The notes beneath the pieces were generated by a model. It had not been told where the DNA came from. It ran no database searches and was given only the letters and a program-made list of their open reading frames with translations. The position numbers and the translations under genes are program-made. From an uncultured Gemmatimonadales bacterium (GTDB lineage: Bacteria; Gemmatimonadota; Gemmatimonadetes; Longimicrobiales; Gaopeijiaceae), in assembly GCA_963809895.1 (NCBI GenBank), contig CAWELD010000010.1, positions 864,001 to 928,000 of the forward strand: a stretch of DNA of 64,000 nucleotides, read 5' to 3'. Shown here piece after piece: positions 39,471 to 48,718 of this stretch (position 1 is its first letter; each line of letters begins with the position of its first letter).

Positions 39471-40803
39471 ATGAACATGCCACGCACCATCCGCGCCCTC
39501 CCGGCCTTCCTGTCCGTGTTCGCCCTCGCCGCCTGCGGCGGCACCGGAGACGCCAACGCCCCCGAGTCCGAAGACGCCCTCGTCGCCCGCGCCCGGGGGA
39601 TCCACGAGCGGGTCATCACCCTGGACACCCACAACGACATCAACCCGGCGAACTTCACCGCCGAGCGGAACTACACCATGGACCTGCCGACGCAGGTCAA
39701 CCTGCCCGAAGATGGAGGCCGGCGGGACGGACGTGAGCTGGATGGTGGTGTACGTGGGCCAGGGCGACCTGACGCCGGAGGGCTTCGCCGACGGCCCACG
39801 CAGCAGGCGCTGGCGAAGTTCGCAGGCCATCCACCGGCTCACCGAGGAGATCGCCCCGGACCGGATCGAGCTGGCCCTCACCTCCGACGACGTGCGCCGC
39901 ATCGTGGCGTCGGGGAAGAAGGTGGCGATGATCGGCGTGGAGAACGGCTACTCCATCGGCACCGACCTCTCCAACATCCAGAAGTTCCAGGAGATGGGCG
40001 CCCGCTACATGTCGCTGTCGCACAACGGCCACAGCCAGCTCTCCGACTCCAACACCGGCGAGCGCGACGACACCTGGCTCTACCACGGGCTGAGCGACCT
40101 GGGCAAGCAGGCCATCGCCGAGATGAACCGGGTCGGGCATCATGGTGGACCTGTCCCATCCGTCGAAGGAGTCGAACCTCCAGGCCATGGAGCTCTCCCA
40201 GGCGCCGGTCATCGCCAGCCACTCCTCGGCCCGGGCGTGAACGACGTGAGCCGCAACCTCTCCGACGAGGAGCTGGATGGCGCTCCAGGAGAACGGCGGC
40301 GTGGTGCAGACGGTGGCCTTCGCCAGCTACGTGAACTCGGCCAAGAACACGCGCCCACCAGGAGGCCGTGCAGGCGCTGCGCGAGGAGATCGCCGGCGAG
40401 ATGGGCGTCGAGCTCCTGGACCGCCGCGCCGTCTTCCAGATGAGCGAGGCCGACCGCGAGGCGTACCGGGCGCAGGATCCAGCCGGTGGAGGACGCGCGT
40501 GGAGGCGCGCATGGACGAGGTCGAACGCCAAGGCGCCGCCCGTGGACGTCGCCGACTTCGTGGACCACATCGACTACCTGGTCGAGCAAGATCGGCATCG
40601 ACCACGTGGGCATCAGCTCCGACTTCGACGGCGGCGGCGGCGTGGAGGGGTGGAACGACGCCTCCGAGTCTTTCAACGTCACGCTGGAGCTGGTGCGGCG
40701 AGGCTACACCGAGGAGGAGATCGGCAAGCTCTGGAGCGGCAACCTCCTGCGCGTGCTCGACGAGGTGCAGGCGACGGCGGCGGACATCCAGGCGGAGAGC
40801 TGA
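39471..40803 (+). CDS. Membrane dipeptidase (M19) lipoprotein with many frameshifts
   Basis: ALAAC lipobox, LDTHND, GVENGY, MVDLSHPS, IASHSS, RNLSDE, HVGISSDFDGG spread across all three frames. Confidence 0.85.
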
Positions 40804-40950
40804 GGGAGCGTCGGGTGCAGGCGATTCGCTTGTGCTGCGATCGGTAAACCTCTACGCTGACATCGACCGCCTGTCCCGGCGGCGCCAGCACCGTCGCGGG
40901 TAGGCGGCGGAAGCCAGGAGCGCCACCTATGAGCCCGAGGGGGCAGGCCG

Positions 40951-43900
40951 ATGAGGGAGCGGGTGCCGGACATCCTTGCCGCGTTGGCGTCGGGGCAGAT
41001 GGACCGGCGCCGCTTCCTCCAGCTCATGGGCCTGCTGGGGGCCGCCGTCCCCATGGGCGCCTGCTCCGACGACCAAGAGGCGTCCGCCCGCCGGGTGGAG
41101 CTGGGGGGCGACCTCCAGGGTGAGCCTTTCGCGGTGTGGGAAGAGCTCCGCAATGCGCTCCGGCTGAGCCCCGATCATCTGCCGGCCCGCGCAGAGCGTC
41201 TGGTTGGGGCCGGCGATCCCGCGACGATCTTCGAGTTCGTGCGCGACGAGGTCGCGGTGATTCCCGGAAGCCGCGCCAAGATGGGGGTCATGGAGACGCG
41301 CCGCCGCTGGGGGACGCGGGCCACGCTCCGATGTGGAGCGGGAACGGCGCGCGAGAAGGTGGATCTGCTGGCGGAGCTTCTACGCCGGGCCGGTCACGAC
41401 GCCGAGGTCGTGGCGGGGGATCCCGTTCCGAGCGACGACGTTTCGGGCGTCGTGCTCCGGCCCATCGCCAGGCGCTTCGAGCCGCCGGTCTCCAGCGCGC
41501 GGGTGCGCGATTGGTACACACGCCTGGGCTGGACCGAGGGTGGGATCGAGATCCCGGTCATCGACCCGGGTGGAGGTGAGTCGGCTGCCCTCGCGAAGAG
41601 GATTCTCGATGCGCTACCGTCCGACGCCTCGGCGATCGGTTCCTTCGACTGGCGTGGTCACGATGCGCCCCTGGTGCGTATCCACGCTGCCGAAGCCGCC
41701 GGGGCCGACACCTGGGCGGACCCGCTCCGGTCCGCCGCCCGCTACGGCGAGGGACCGGTCGGCGGGCCTGACCGCGTGCGCACTGCCCGCGATGCCGATC
41801 CACTTCTGCCGGCGGAGGTAGTGCTCGAGGCCGCCCCGGCATCGCGACCGGAGGATCGTATGGTGCTGGCGCGGGGGGAGTGGACGGCCGACGACCTCGT
41901 GGGCCGCCAGGTCCTGGTGCAGTTCGTGCCGACCCTGGAGACCGCGCGTCTGGTGACGGCGACGTTCCGTGACGTGCGAGCGTTCGTGCCCACGCTGGCG
42001 GTGCAGGGGCCCGACCTGACCCCGGAGCAGGCTGCAGAATTGTCGGTGAAGGGCGACGCCGTTACCCGTACCGGCGACCGCATTCGCGTTCGTGAAGACG
42101 GCAGTCTGGTGGTGGCGGGCACGTCCCTGTCCGGTCCGGAAGTGGCCGCGGGTCGAGTGACCGAGGTTCTGCTCCACGACGACTTCCTGGATGACACGGC
42201 CGATGGCTCGGCCCGGGGCGAGTTGGGTCGCTGGAGGGTCCGCTCGGGCGAGGTGTCGGTGGAGCAAGGTGCGCTGGAGGGTCCACTCGACGCCCGCGGG
42301 CACTACGTCCGTGTCCCGGTTCGCACCGTCGGCGAGGGACCGCCTGGATTGACCTCACGAGCGCCGCTGAGGCTGGAGCCCGGGACCTATCGGCTCACCT
42401 GTCGCGTGGCCGGCGGCCACCGTGGCGGAGGCGCGGACACCGTCCGGGTGACGCTCGGACACCTGTTCGAGGAGACGTTTCGCTTGCCCGCGAGCGAACC
42501 GTTCCACGACCAGGTCCGAGTCGTCCAGGTAGACCAGGGGGCCACCGCGGACCTGGCGCTGGACTACCTCGGCGGCCCGAGTGGACGGTTCTATCTGGAC
42601 GGCATCGAGCTCGTGAAGCTCAAGGGCGAACCGGCGTCACCGTCGCTGGACCAGGTCGAAGAACTCACGCTCGCCGTCGATCCCTCTGCCTTTCCGGAGC
42701 TGCGGCTCCGTGCCCACGCCCGCGATGCCGACGGAGAGGAGGTGGGAGGGTTGCTGGCTTCGGACTTCCAGCTCGAGGAGGAAAGCCGGCCGGTGGGATT
42801 CACGCTGACGGGGAATCGTCCGGCGCCCCAGGTGCTGATCCTGCACGACACCTCCATGAGCATGCCTGCCGAGTATCGGAACGACGAGCTCTTCCGCTGG
42901 ATGGCCTCGCTCCGACAGGCTGTGGAAGCGGAGTTCCCCGGCGCGCACATCAGCCGGCAGGCCACCGACTCCGACATCTGGGGCTGGCTCCTGCGAGCGG
43001 CGGCCACCGACGCGACGACCATCGTCTACCTGACCGACGGAGACCTCGACGGCGAGGTGCCTGACCAGGCGAGACGCGCTGCGTTGGGCGAGGGTCCGCC
43101 CGCCGTGATGGTGAGCGTCAAGGACGAGACCGGTGGCATCTTCCAGGAGATGGCCGACGCCACCGGCGGCGTGGTCGTCGCCGTGTCGAGTATCGGCGAG
43201 GCCCGCGACGCGCTCCTGGATTTCATCCACCAGCGAGAGCATGCGCCGTATCGCTTCCGCTGCGGAGCGTCCTCCGATGAACCCGGCGACCGCGAGGTCC
43301 TGCTCCGAACTGCGGACGGACGGCTCGAGGCGCGGGCGAGCTATCGGGTGCCCGAGCCCGAGGCGCGGGCCCGGCCGCCGCGGCTGGGCGCACTCTACCT
43401 GACCGTGACGGTCGGTGACCGCACGGTGGAGCGCACGCTGGCCGGGGCCCGTCCCCGACTTGACTGGAGCGCCTTGCCCGTCATACAGGCGGAGATCGAC
43501 GAGGTGCGCGATGCCATGTTCGGTAGCCACTACCTGGCCTTCGAGGCAGCGGGGCCGCCGCTGTCGGTGTGGCTCGACGACTACATCACACAGAAGCTGT
43601 CCCTGTCAGCCATGATGGACGCCGCGGAGTCGGGATCCCGGGGCGAGGTGTTGGAGGCGCTGGGCGAGGGATGCCGTTATGTGCCCGCGGAGCTGTTCCT
43701 GCAGGCCATGGCCGTGCCGTCGATTCCGGTGGACGACGCGCTCACTTTTCCCGACGGCCTCCAGGTGGCACGCTTCTCCATGATGCCGAGGCTGGGCCAG
43801 GCAGAGCGCGTGCACGCTCTGGACGTTCTGCCCACCGCACGCTTCGCGACTGCGGCGGCGGACGAGGAGCGGCGCTTCCGCCTCACCGCGGAGCGCACCG

Positions 43901-44532
43901 CCCGGCGCGCCCTGGCCGAGGCCGCCGTCCACCCGGTGAGCACGTTGTCCGTCTTGAAAGGGTCGACCCTGGCGGCGCTGACCTGGTCGGACCTCCCCGA
44001 CGGCCTGGGCGACGAGCAACGCCAGCGCTGGGAGCACCTGCTCCGGCGACCGGAGGGGCGACGCTACAACGTCGGTCCGCGATCGGCCGCGCCGGTGGCC
44101 TTCTGGACCGTCGACCAGGAGACCGGTGAGGTGCTGGGAATCCTCGGTGACGGCAGCGGTGGAAGCCGAGGCGTCGCGGAGGTGCAGCGCGCACTCGCGG
44201 AGCTGGATCGCGTCATGGGACTCTACAACCTGATGGCCGAAGCTGCCGGGGCGGGGTTCGCGCTGGCGGTCCTGGCGGCCTACGGCCAGACGCTGGCGCA
44301 CCTGTACGGGGCCGTGACGATCACCATCATCACTATGAGCGCCGAGGAGCTCATGCCGACGGTCCGACAGGAGCTCCACAGCTTCGCCTGCAACGTGGCC
44401 GTGAATGCCTTCCTGGCCGGCTTCGGAGCGCTGGGCCGGTCGGCCGACAACGCCACCGGCATCTACGGCAGCGTCGACAACGCACTCACAGTCCTGCTCG
44501 GGAGTGACGCCAACCCCATGCCGTCCTGCTGA
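40951..44532 (+). CDS. Large Tat-exported lipoprotein with transglutaminase-like, beta-sandwich and vWA regions
   Basis: DRRRFLQ..PMGAC; IFEFVRDEV..ATLRCGAGTAREKVDLLAELLRRAG; LILHDTSMSM and VYLTDG; hydrophobic C-terminal helices. Confidence 0.7.
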   Translation: MRERVPDILAALASGQMDRRRFLQLMGLLGAAVPMGACSDDQEASARRVELGGDLQGEPFAVWEELRNALRLSPDHLPARAERLVGAGDPATIFEFVRDEVAVIPGSRAKMGVMETRRRWGTRATLRCGAGTAREKVDLLAELLRRAGHDAEVVAGDPVPSDDVSGVVLRPIARRFEPPVSSARVRDWYTRLGWTEGGIEIPVIDPGGGESAALAKRILDALPSDASAIGSFDWRGHDAPLVRIHAAEAAGADTWADPLRSAARYGEGPVGGPDRVRTARDADPLLPAEVVLEAAPASRPEDRMVLARGEWTADDLVGRQVLVQFVPTLETARLVTATFRDVRAFVPTLAVQGPDLTPEQAAELSVKGDAVTRTGDRIRVREDGSLVVAGTSLSGPEVAAGRVTEVLLHDDFLDDTADGSARGELGRWRVRSGEVSVEQGALEGPLDARGHYVRVPVRTVGEGPPGLTSRAPLRLEPGTYRLTCRVAGGHRGGGADTVRVTLGHLFEETFRLPASEPFHDQVRVVQVDQGATADLALDYLGGPSGRFYLDGIELVKLKGEPASPSLDQVEELTLAVDPSAFPELRLRAHARDADGEEVGGLLASDFQLEEESRPVGFTLTGNRPAPQVLILHDTSMSMPAEYRNDELFRWMASLRQAVEAEFPGAHISRQATDSDIWGWLLRAAATDATTIVYLTDGDLDGEVPDQARRAALGEGPPAVMVSVKDETGGIFQEMADATGGVVVAVSSIGEARDALLDFIHQREHAPYRFRCGASSDEPGDREVLLRTADGRLEARASYRVPEPEARARPPRLGALYLTVTVGDRTVERTLAGARPRLDWSALPVIQAEIDEVRDAMFGSHYLAFEAAGPPLSVWLDDYITQKLSLSAMMDAAESGSRGEVLEALGEGCRYVPAELFLQAMAVPSIPVDDALTFPDGLQVARFSMMPRLGQAERVHALDVLPTARFATAAADEERRFRLTAERTARRALAEAAVHPVSTLSVLKGSTLAALTWSDLPDGLGDEQRQRWEHLLRRPEGRRYNVGPRSAAPVAFWTVDQETGEVLGILGDGSGGSRGVAEVQRALAELDRVMGLYNLMAEAAGAGFALAVLAAYGQTLAHLYGAVTITIITMSAEELMPTVRQELHSFACNVAVNAFLAGFGALGRSADNATGIYGSVDNALTVLLGSDANPMPSC

Positions 44533-44648
44533 GGGTTGAACCTGCCTGCCACTCCTCTCACGAAACGATGAGGGCCCGTTTCTCGTCTCGCTGAGATAGG
44601 AGCGCGGCGCAACACCGGCCGCGTGGCGTAAATCCGTCGGCGGAGGAG

Positions 44649-44999
44649 ATGAAGACGATGGGCTTGATCATCCATGTCCTGGTCAGCGCAGCTCTGCTCT
44701 GGGCGTTGGGGCAGATGGTGTCCGGCATCGAGGTGCGGGACGGGAAGGCGGCGATCTTCGGCGCCATCATGTTGGGGTTGGCCAATACCTTTGTCCGCCC
44801 GCTCCTGATCATGCTGACGCTTCCCATCACCGTCCTGACGCTGGGTCTGTTCCTCGTGGTGGTAAACGCTCTGGTGCTGATGCTCGCAGCGGCGTTCGTC
44901 GACGGCTTCGAGGTCGAAGGCTTCGGTTCGGCGGTGTGGGGCAGCCTGGTGCTGGCCCTCATGAACCTGCTCGTGGGCAGGCTCTTCGGCATCGGATGA
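44649..44999 (+). CDS. YvlD-like four-TM 'phage holin' family membrane protein
   Basis: NTFVRPLL..LTLPITVLTLGLF..VNAL..GFEVEGF. Confidence 0.88.
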   Translation: MKTMGLIIHVLVSAALLWALGQMVSGIEVRDGKAAIFGAIMLGLANTFVRPLLIMLTLPITVLTLGLFLVVVNALVLMLAAAFVDGFEVEGFGSAVWGSLVLALMNLLVGRLFGIG

Positions 45000-45036
45000 A
45001 GTAGCCGAGGTCTGTCCGGTGCCCGGGGCCCCGTGC

Positions 45037-45474
45037 CTACTGGTCCGCCGGCCTCCGCGACGACGGGTAGTCCACGATGTTCGACCACTCGCTGGCGTCG
45101 GAACGGGCGACGACCGCGACCACGGGCTCTTCGTCGCTGAGGTTCAGCACTTCGTGGGGCACGCCGGGACGGATGTAGATGAAGTCTCCGGGGCCGTTCT
45201 CCATGGACTGGCGGAGGCCGTCGCCGTATTCGTGACGCACGCGGCCCTGGAGGATGAAGAGCATGACCTCGAAGCCGTCGTGGACGTGGGCGTAGGCCAC
45301 TGCGCCCGGCGGGACCGTGGCCACGTTCATGGACAGGCTCGTGGCACCGACGTTCTTCGCCGACATCCCCGTCCGATAGCGGATGCCGTTCCAGCCGCGG
45401 TGGATGTCGGGATTGCGGATGCTGAGGATGCCGCCGCCGTCGTCCAGGCCGGCGGTGAGGTCGTCGTGATCCAT
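45037..45474 (-). CDS. Cupin-domain protein
   Basis: AHVHDGFE..GDFIYIRPGVPH. Confidence 0.88.
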   Translation of the reverse strand: MDHDDLTAGLDDGGGILSIRNPDIHRGWNGIRYRTGMSAKNVGATSLSMNVATVPPGAVAYAHVHDGFEVMLFILQGRVRHEYGDGLRQSMENGPGDFIYIRPGVPHEVLNLSDEEPVVAVVARSDASEWSNIVDYPSSRRPADQ

Positions 45475-45578
45475 GCGAGCCTCGCAGTGGCGATGGGATT
45501 CCCGCGAGCGCCGATCCGGGCCCCGGGGCGGTGGCCCAACTTGCCGGGGACCCGGATGGTGGACAAGCGCGGGGCTCG

Positions 45579-48257
45579 TCACTCCGCGCGTAGCGGAAGC
45601 GCCGGGTTGACCCGTGTGGCCCGACGCGCCGGCACCCACGCGGCGGTCAGCGCGATCAGGGCCAGGGCCAGGGCGGCCAGGGCCAGCGTCGGCGGGTCCG
45701 ATGGCTCGACTCCGAAGAGGATCCCGTCCAGGAGGCCGCCCATGAGGAGTGCGCCCGCCAGACCGAGACCGAGCCCCAATCCCACTGTGCCGGTGGTCTC
45801 ACCCAGGACGAGGCGCAGCACCCGGCCGCCGTCGGCGCCCAGCGCCAGCCGGATACCCAGTTCGCGGGTGCGGCGTCCCACGGTGTAGGCCGTGACCCCG
45901 TAGATACCCACCGCGGCGAGCACCAGCGCCGCCAGGGCGAACGCCGCCACCAGCGACGCCAGCAGGCGGGCGCGGGCCAGCGATCTGGACACGACGGCCT
46001 CCATGGTGCGCACGTTCGCCACGGGCAGGGAGGGGTCGAGCCGCTGAACGACGTCGCGGAGCAGAGAGGTCGCCTCGGCCGGTGCTCCGGCGGTGTGGAT
46101 CACCAGATCCAACGAGCGGACGGGCCCGCCGCCGCCCCAGAACCGGAACTGCGCCTGGGGCAGGTACATCTGCGCCGACGGTCCGTCGTTCAGCGACTGA
46201 TGGGCCACGTCGGGAACGATGCCCACCACGGTGACCCAGCCCGGGGCGGCGCCTCCACCCAGCAGGAAGCGGGCACCCAGGGCGCCGCCGTCGGGCCAGT
46301 AGCGCTGCGCCGTGGTGCGGGAGATGACCACCGCCCCCGGGGCGTCCCGGGCGTCGCGCTCGTCCAGGAGCCGGCCCTGAACGGGGTCGATGCCCAGGGC
46401 AGGGAGGTAGTCGGGTGTGACCACCTGCCAGTCGGCCCGCGGCGACACCTCACCCTCGGCCTCGGGCCGGCCCTCGATGTGGAAGTTCAGGTCACCTAGC
46501 GAGGTGGCCAGCGGAAGGTTGGTGGCTCCTCCGGCGGCGAGCACTTCGGGATAGCCCTCGAGCTCGTCGGTGAGCCGCGTGAAGAAGGCCGTCACCTCGT
46601 CGGCGCCCGGATAGCGCGCCGCGGGTAGGCTCAGCTCCGCCGTGAGGACGTTGGCGGTGCGGTAGCCGGGGTCGGTGTGGATCAGGTCGGCCAACGAGCG
46701 CATGAGCAGGCCGGCGCCGGCCAGGAGCACCAGTGCCGCGGCCAGTTCCGCCACCACCAGGCCTCGGCGCATCCGCTTGCCGGCTCGCCCGCCGGACCCG
46801 CGCCCGCCCGACTCCCGCAGGCGGGCCGACGCAGAGGTCCGGCCCGCGCGCAGGGCGGGGATCAGCCCGCAGGCGATGCCGATGACCGACGCCAGCCCGA
46901 CGCTGAAGAGCAGGGCCGTGGCGTCGACGCGGATGTCCCCCGTGCGGGGCAGATCCGGAGGTCCCAGGGCGAGGAGACCCCGGGTACACAGCATGGCGAG
47001 GGCCGCGCCTCCCAGAGCACCCAACAACGAGAGGGTGAGGCTCTCGGCGAGAAGCTGCCGGACCAAGCGCCCCCGGCCGGCCCCCAGGGCGCTGCGCAAC
47101 GCCAGCTCACTCTCACGCTCCTCGGAGCGGGCCAGGAGCAGGTTCGCGACGTTGGTGCACGCGATCAGGAGGAGGAAGCCCACGGCGCCGACGAGCACCT
47201 CGAGGGTCGGGCGCGAGTCGCCGAGCACGTCCTGGTCGAGACGCAGGACGTGGAGATCGAAGTTCATGTCGGCCGGGTAGTCGTCGGGGTAGTCGCGGAC
47301 CATGGCCTGGGCGGCCTGCCCGATGCGTGTGCCGGCATCCTGGGCGGTCGTTTGCGGTGGCAGACGGCCGACACTCAGGAGGAAGTGGCTGCCGCGGGAC
47401 GTGGTCTCGGCGGGGCTCAGTCCCAGGGGCAGCACGACCTGGGTCCGGGAGGACGACGCGAGGTCCTCGGGGAACACGAGCTCTTCGGACAGCACACCGA
47501 GCACGCGTCGTGACCGTCCGTCGATCTCGATGGTCCGACCCACGATGGAGGGATCGCCCCCGAACCGGCGCATCCAGAGCCCGTGGGACAGGAGGGCCAC
47601 CGCCGCGTCGGTCTCGTCTTCGTCCTGGTTGAACCACCTACCGATGCGGGGCTCGATGCCCAGCGCGGGCAGCACCTGGGCCGTCGCGTAGACGCCCTGC
47701 ACGCGCTCTGGATTCCCCTGGCCGGTGAGCGCAACGTCGTCGTAGGCGTAGGCCCCCAGCGAAGATACGGGCCCGGTCTCACGCAGGTCGAAGTACTCGA
47801 CCGGCGAGAGGCTGGCCTCGGGCGTGCCCTGCCATGAGGGCCGCACCCGGACGAGGCGGGCCGCCTCGGGGTAGGGGAGGGGCCGCAACAGGACGGCCTG
47901 CACGACGCTGAAGATGGCCGTGGTGGCGCCGATACCCAGGGCCAGGGTGAGGAGCGCGACGGTGGCGAACACCGGGCTCCGCCGCAGACCCCGGAGTGCG
48001 CCTCGCACGTCCTTGACCAGGTCTTCGAGTGGGCCGACGCCGCGGGCTTCGCGGACGGCTTCGCGGTGGCGATCGACGCCGCCGAAGCGACGTAGCGCCT
48101 CCCGATGAGCGTCGTCGGGGGACAGGCCGGAACGGCGCAGATCGGCCGCCTCCATGTCCACGTGGAAGCGCATCTCCTCCTCCACCTCGCGATGCGCGCG
48201 CCCCCCCTGGAGGAGCGTCGAGATCCGCCGCCACCACCGCCTCACCCAGCCCATCAT
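45579..48257 (-). CDS. Duplicated MacB/FtsX-type ABC permease with permease-prefix domain
   Basis: EEEMRFH..ALRRFG, LALGIGATTAIFSVV, LLIACTNVANLLL, RELGIRLALGA. Confidence 0.92.
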   Translation of the reverse strand: MMGWVRRWWRRISTLLQGGRAHREVEEEMRFHVDMEAADLRRSGLSPDDAHREALRRFGGVDRHREAVREARGVGPLEDLVKDVRGALRGLRRSPVFATVALLTLALGIGATTAIFSVVQAVLLRPLPYPEAARLVRVRPSWQGTPEASLSPVEYFDLRETGPVSSLGAYAYDDVALTGQGNPERVQGVYATAQVLPALGIEPRIGRWFNQDEDETDAAVALLSHGLWMRRFGGDPSIVGRTIEIDGRSRRVLGVLSEELVFPEDLASSSRTQVVLPLGLSPAETTSRGSHFLLSVGRLPPQTTAQDAGTRIGQAAQAMVRDYPDDYPADMNFDLHVLRLDQDVLGDSRPTLEVLVGAVGFLLLIACTNVANLLLARSEERESELALRSALGAGRGRLVRQLLAESLTLSLLGALGGAALAMLCTRGLLALGPPDLPRTGDIRVDATALLFSVGLASVIGIACGLIPALRAGRTSASARLRESGGRGSGGRAGKRMRRGLVVAELAAALVLLAGAGLLMRSLADLIHTDPGYRTANVLTAELSLPAARYPGADEVTAFFTRLTDELEGYPEVLAAGGATNLPLATSLGDLNFHIEGRPEAEGEVSPRADWQVVTPDYLPALGIDPVQGRLLDERDARDAPGAVVISRTTAQRYWPDGGALGARFLLGGGAAPGWVTVVGIVPDVAHQSLNDGPSAQMYLPQAQFRFWGGGGPVRSLDLVIHTAGAPAEATSLLRDVVQRLDPSLPVANVRTMEAVVSRSLARARLLASLVAAFALAALVLAAVGIYGVTAYTVGRRTRELGIRLALGADGGRVLRLVLGETTGTVGLGLGLGLAGALLMGGLLDGILFGVEPSDPPTLALAALALALIALTAAWVPARRATRVNPALPLRAE

Positions 48258-48598
48258 CGCCTCCCTCCGGCCCCTGCCAGAACGTGCTCCACGGCCTGCG
48301 AAAACATCTGCCACCCTTTGCGCTCTTCCTCGAAGCGGCTGCGACCCGAGCCGGTCAGCCGGTAGAACTTCGCCCTCCGACCTTCCGGCGAGATCCCCCA
48401 TTGGGCCTCCAGGAGCCCCTGATCGCGAAGCCTGTAGAGCGCCGGATAGAGCGAGCCCTGGTTCACCTCCAGCACGCCGCGAGAAAGCTCGCGGATGCGC
48501 TTGGAGATCCCCCAGCCATGCAGCTCGCTTTCCGCGAGAACGCGCAGAATGAGGAGGTCCAGCGATCCCTGGAGCAGATCTACCGTGTTCCGTGCCAT
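48254..48598 (-). CDS. PadR-family regulator (acidobacterial type)
   Basis: LLQGSLDLLIL..HGWGI..QGSLYPALYRL..RRAKFY. Confidence 0.93.
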   Translation of the reverse strand: MARNTVDLLQGSLDLLILRVLAESELHGWGISKRIRELSRGVLEVNQGSLYPALYRLRDQGLLEAQWGISPEGRRAKFYRLTGSGRSRFEEERKGWQMFSQAVEHVLAGAGGRR

Positions 48599-48611
48599 GC
48601 CGTCCTCGTTA

Positions 48612-48668
48612 CCTAGATATTCGACAACACGAGGAGACGATAGGTTGGATTGTTGTCGGATGTCAAGG
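48612..48668. promoter_or_regulatory. Long imperfect inverted repeat (candidate PadR operators)
   Basis: CCTAGATATTCGACAACA (48612-48629) and TGTTGTCGGATGTCAAGG (48651-48668) match at 15 of 18 positions as reverse complements. Confidence 0.65.
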
Positions 48669-48680
48669 TATTGGGAGGTT

Positions 48681-48711
48681 GGAGGCCGGCCCGCTGAGCG
48701 GACCGGCCTCC
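48681..48711 (-). terminator. Hairpin after the TonB receptor gene
   Basis: GGAGGCCGG-CCCGCTGAGCGGA-CCGGCCTCC. Confidence 0.55.
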
Positions 48712-48718
48712 GGCAACC

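Noticed and set aside
44649..44999. Prophage suggested by the holin-family gene
   Set aside because: YvlD-like proteins are common chromosomal genes, and no phage structural, lysin or integrase genes are nearby.
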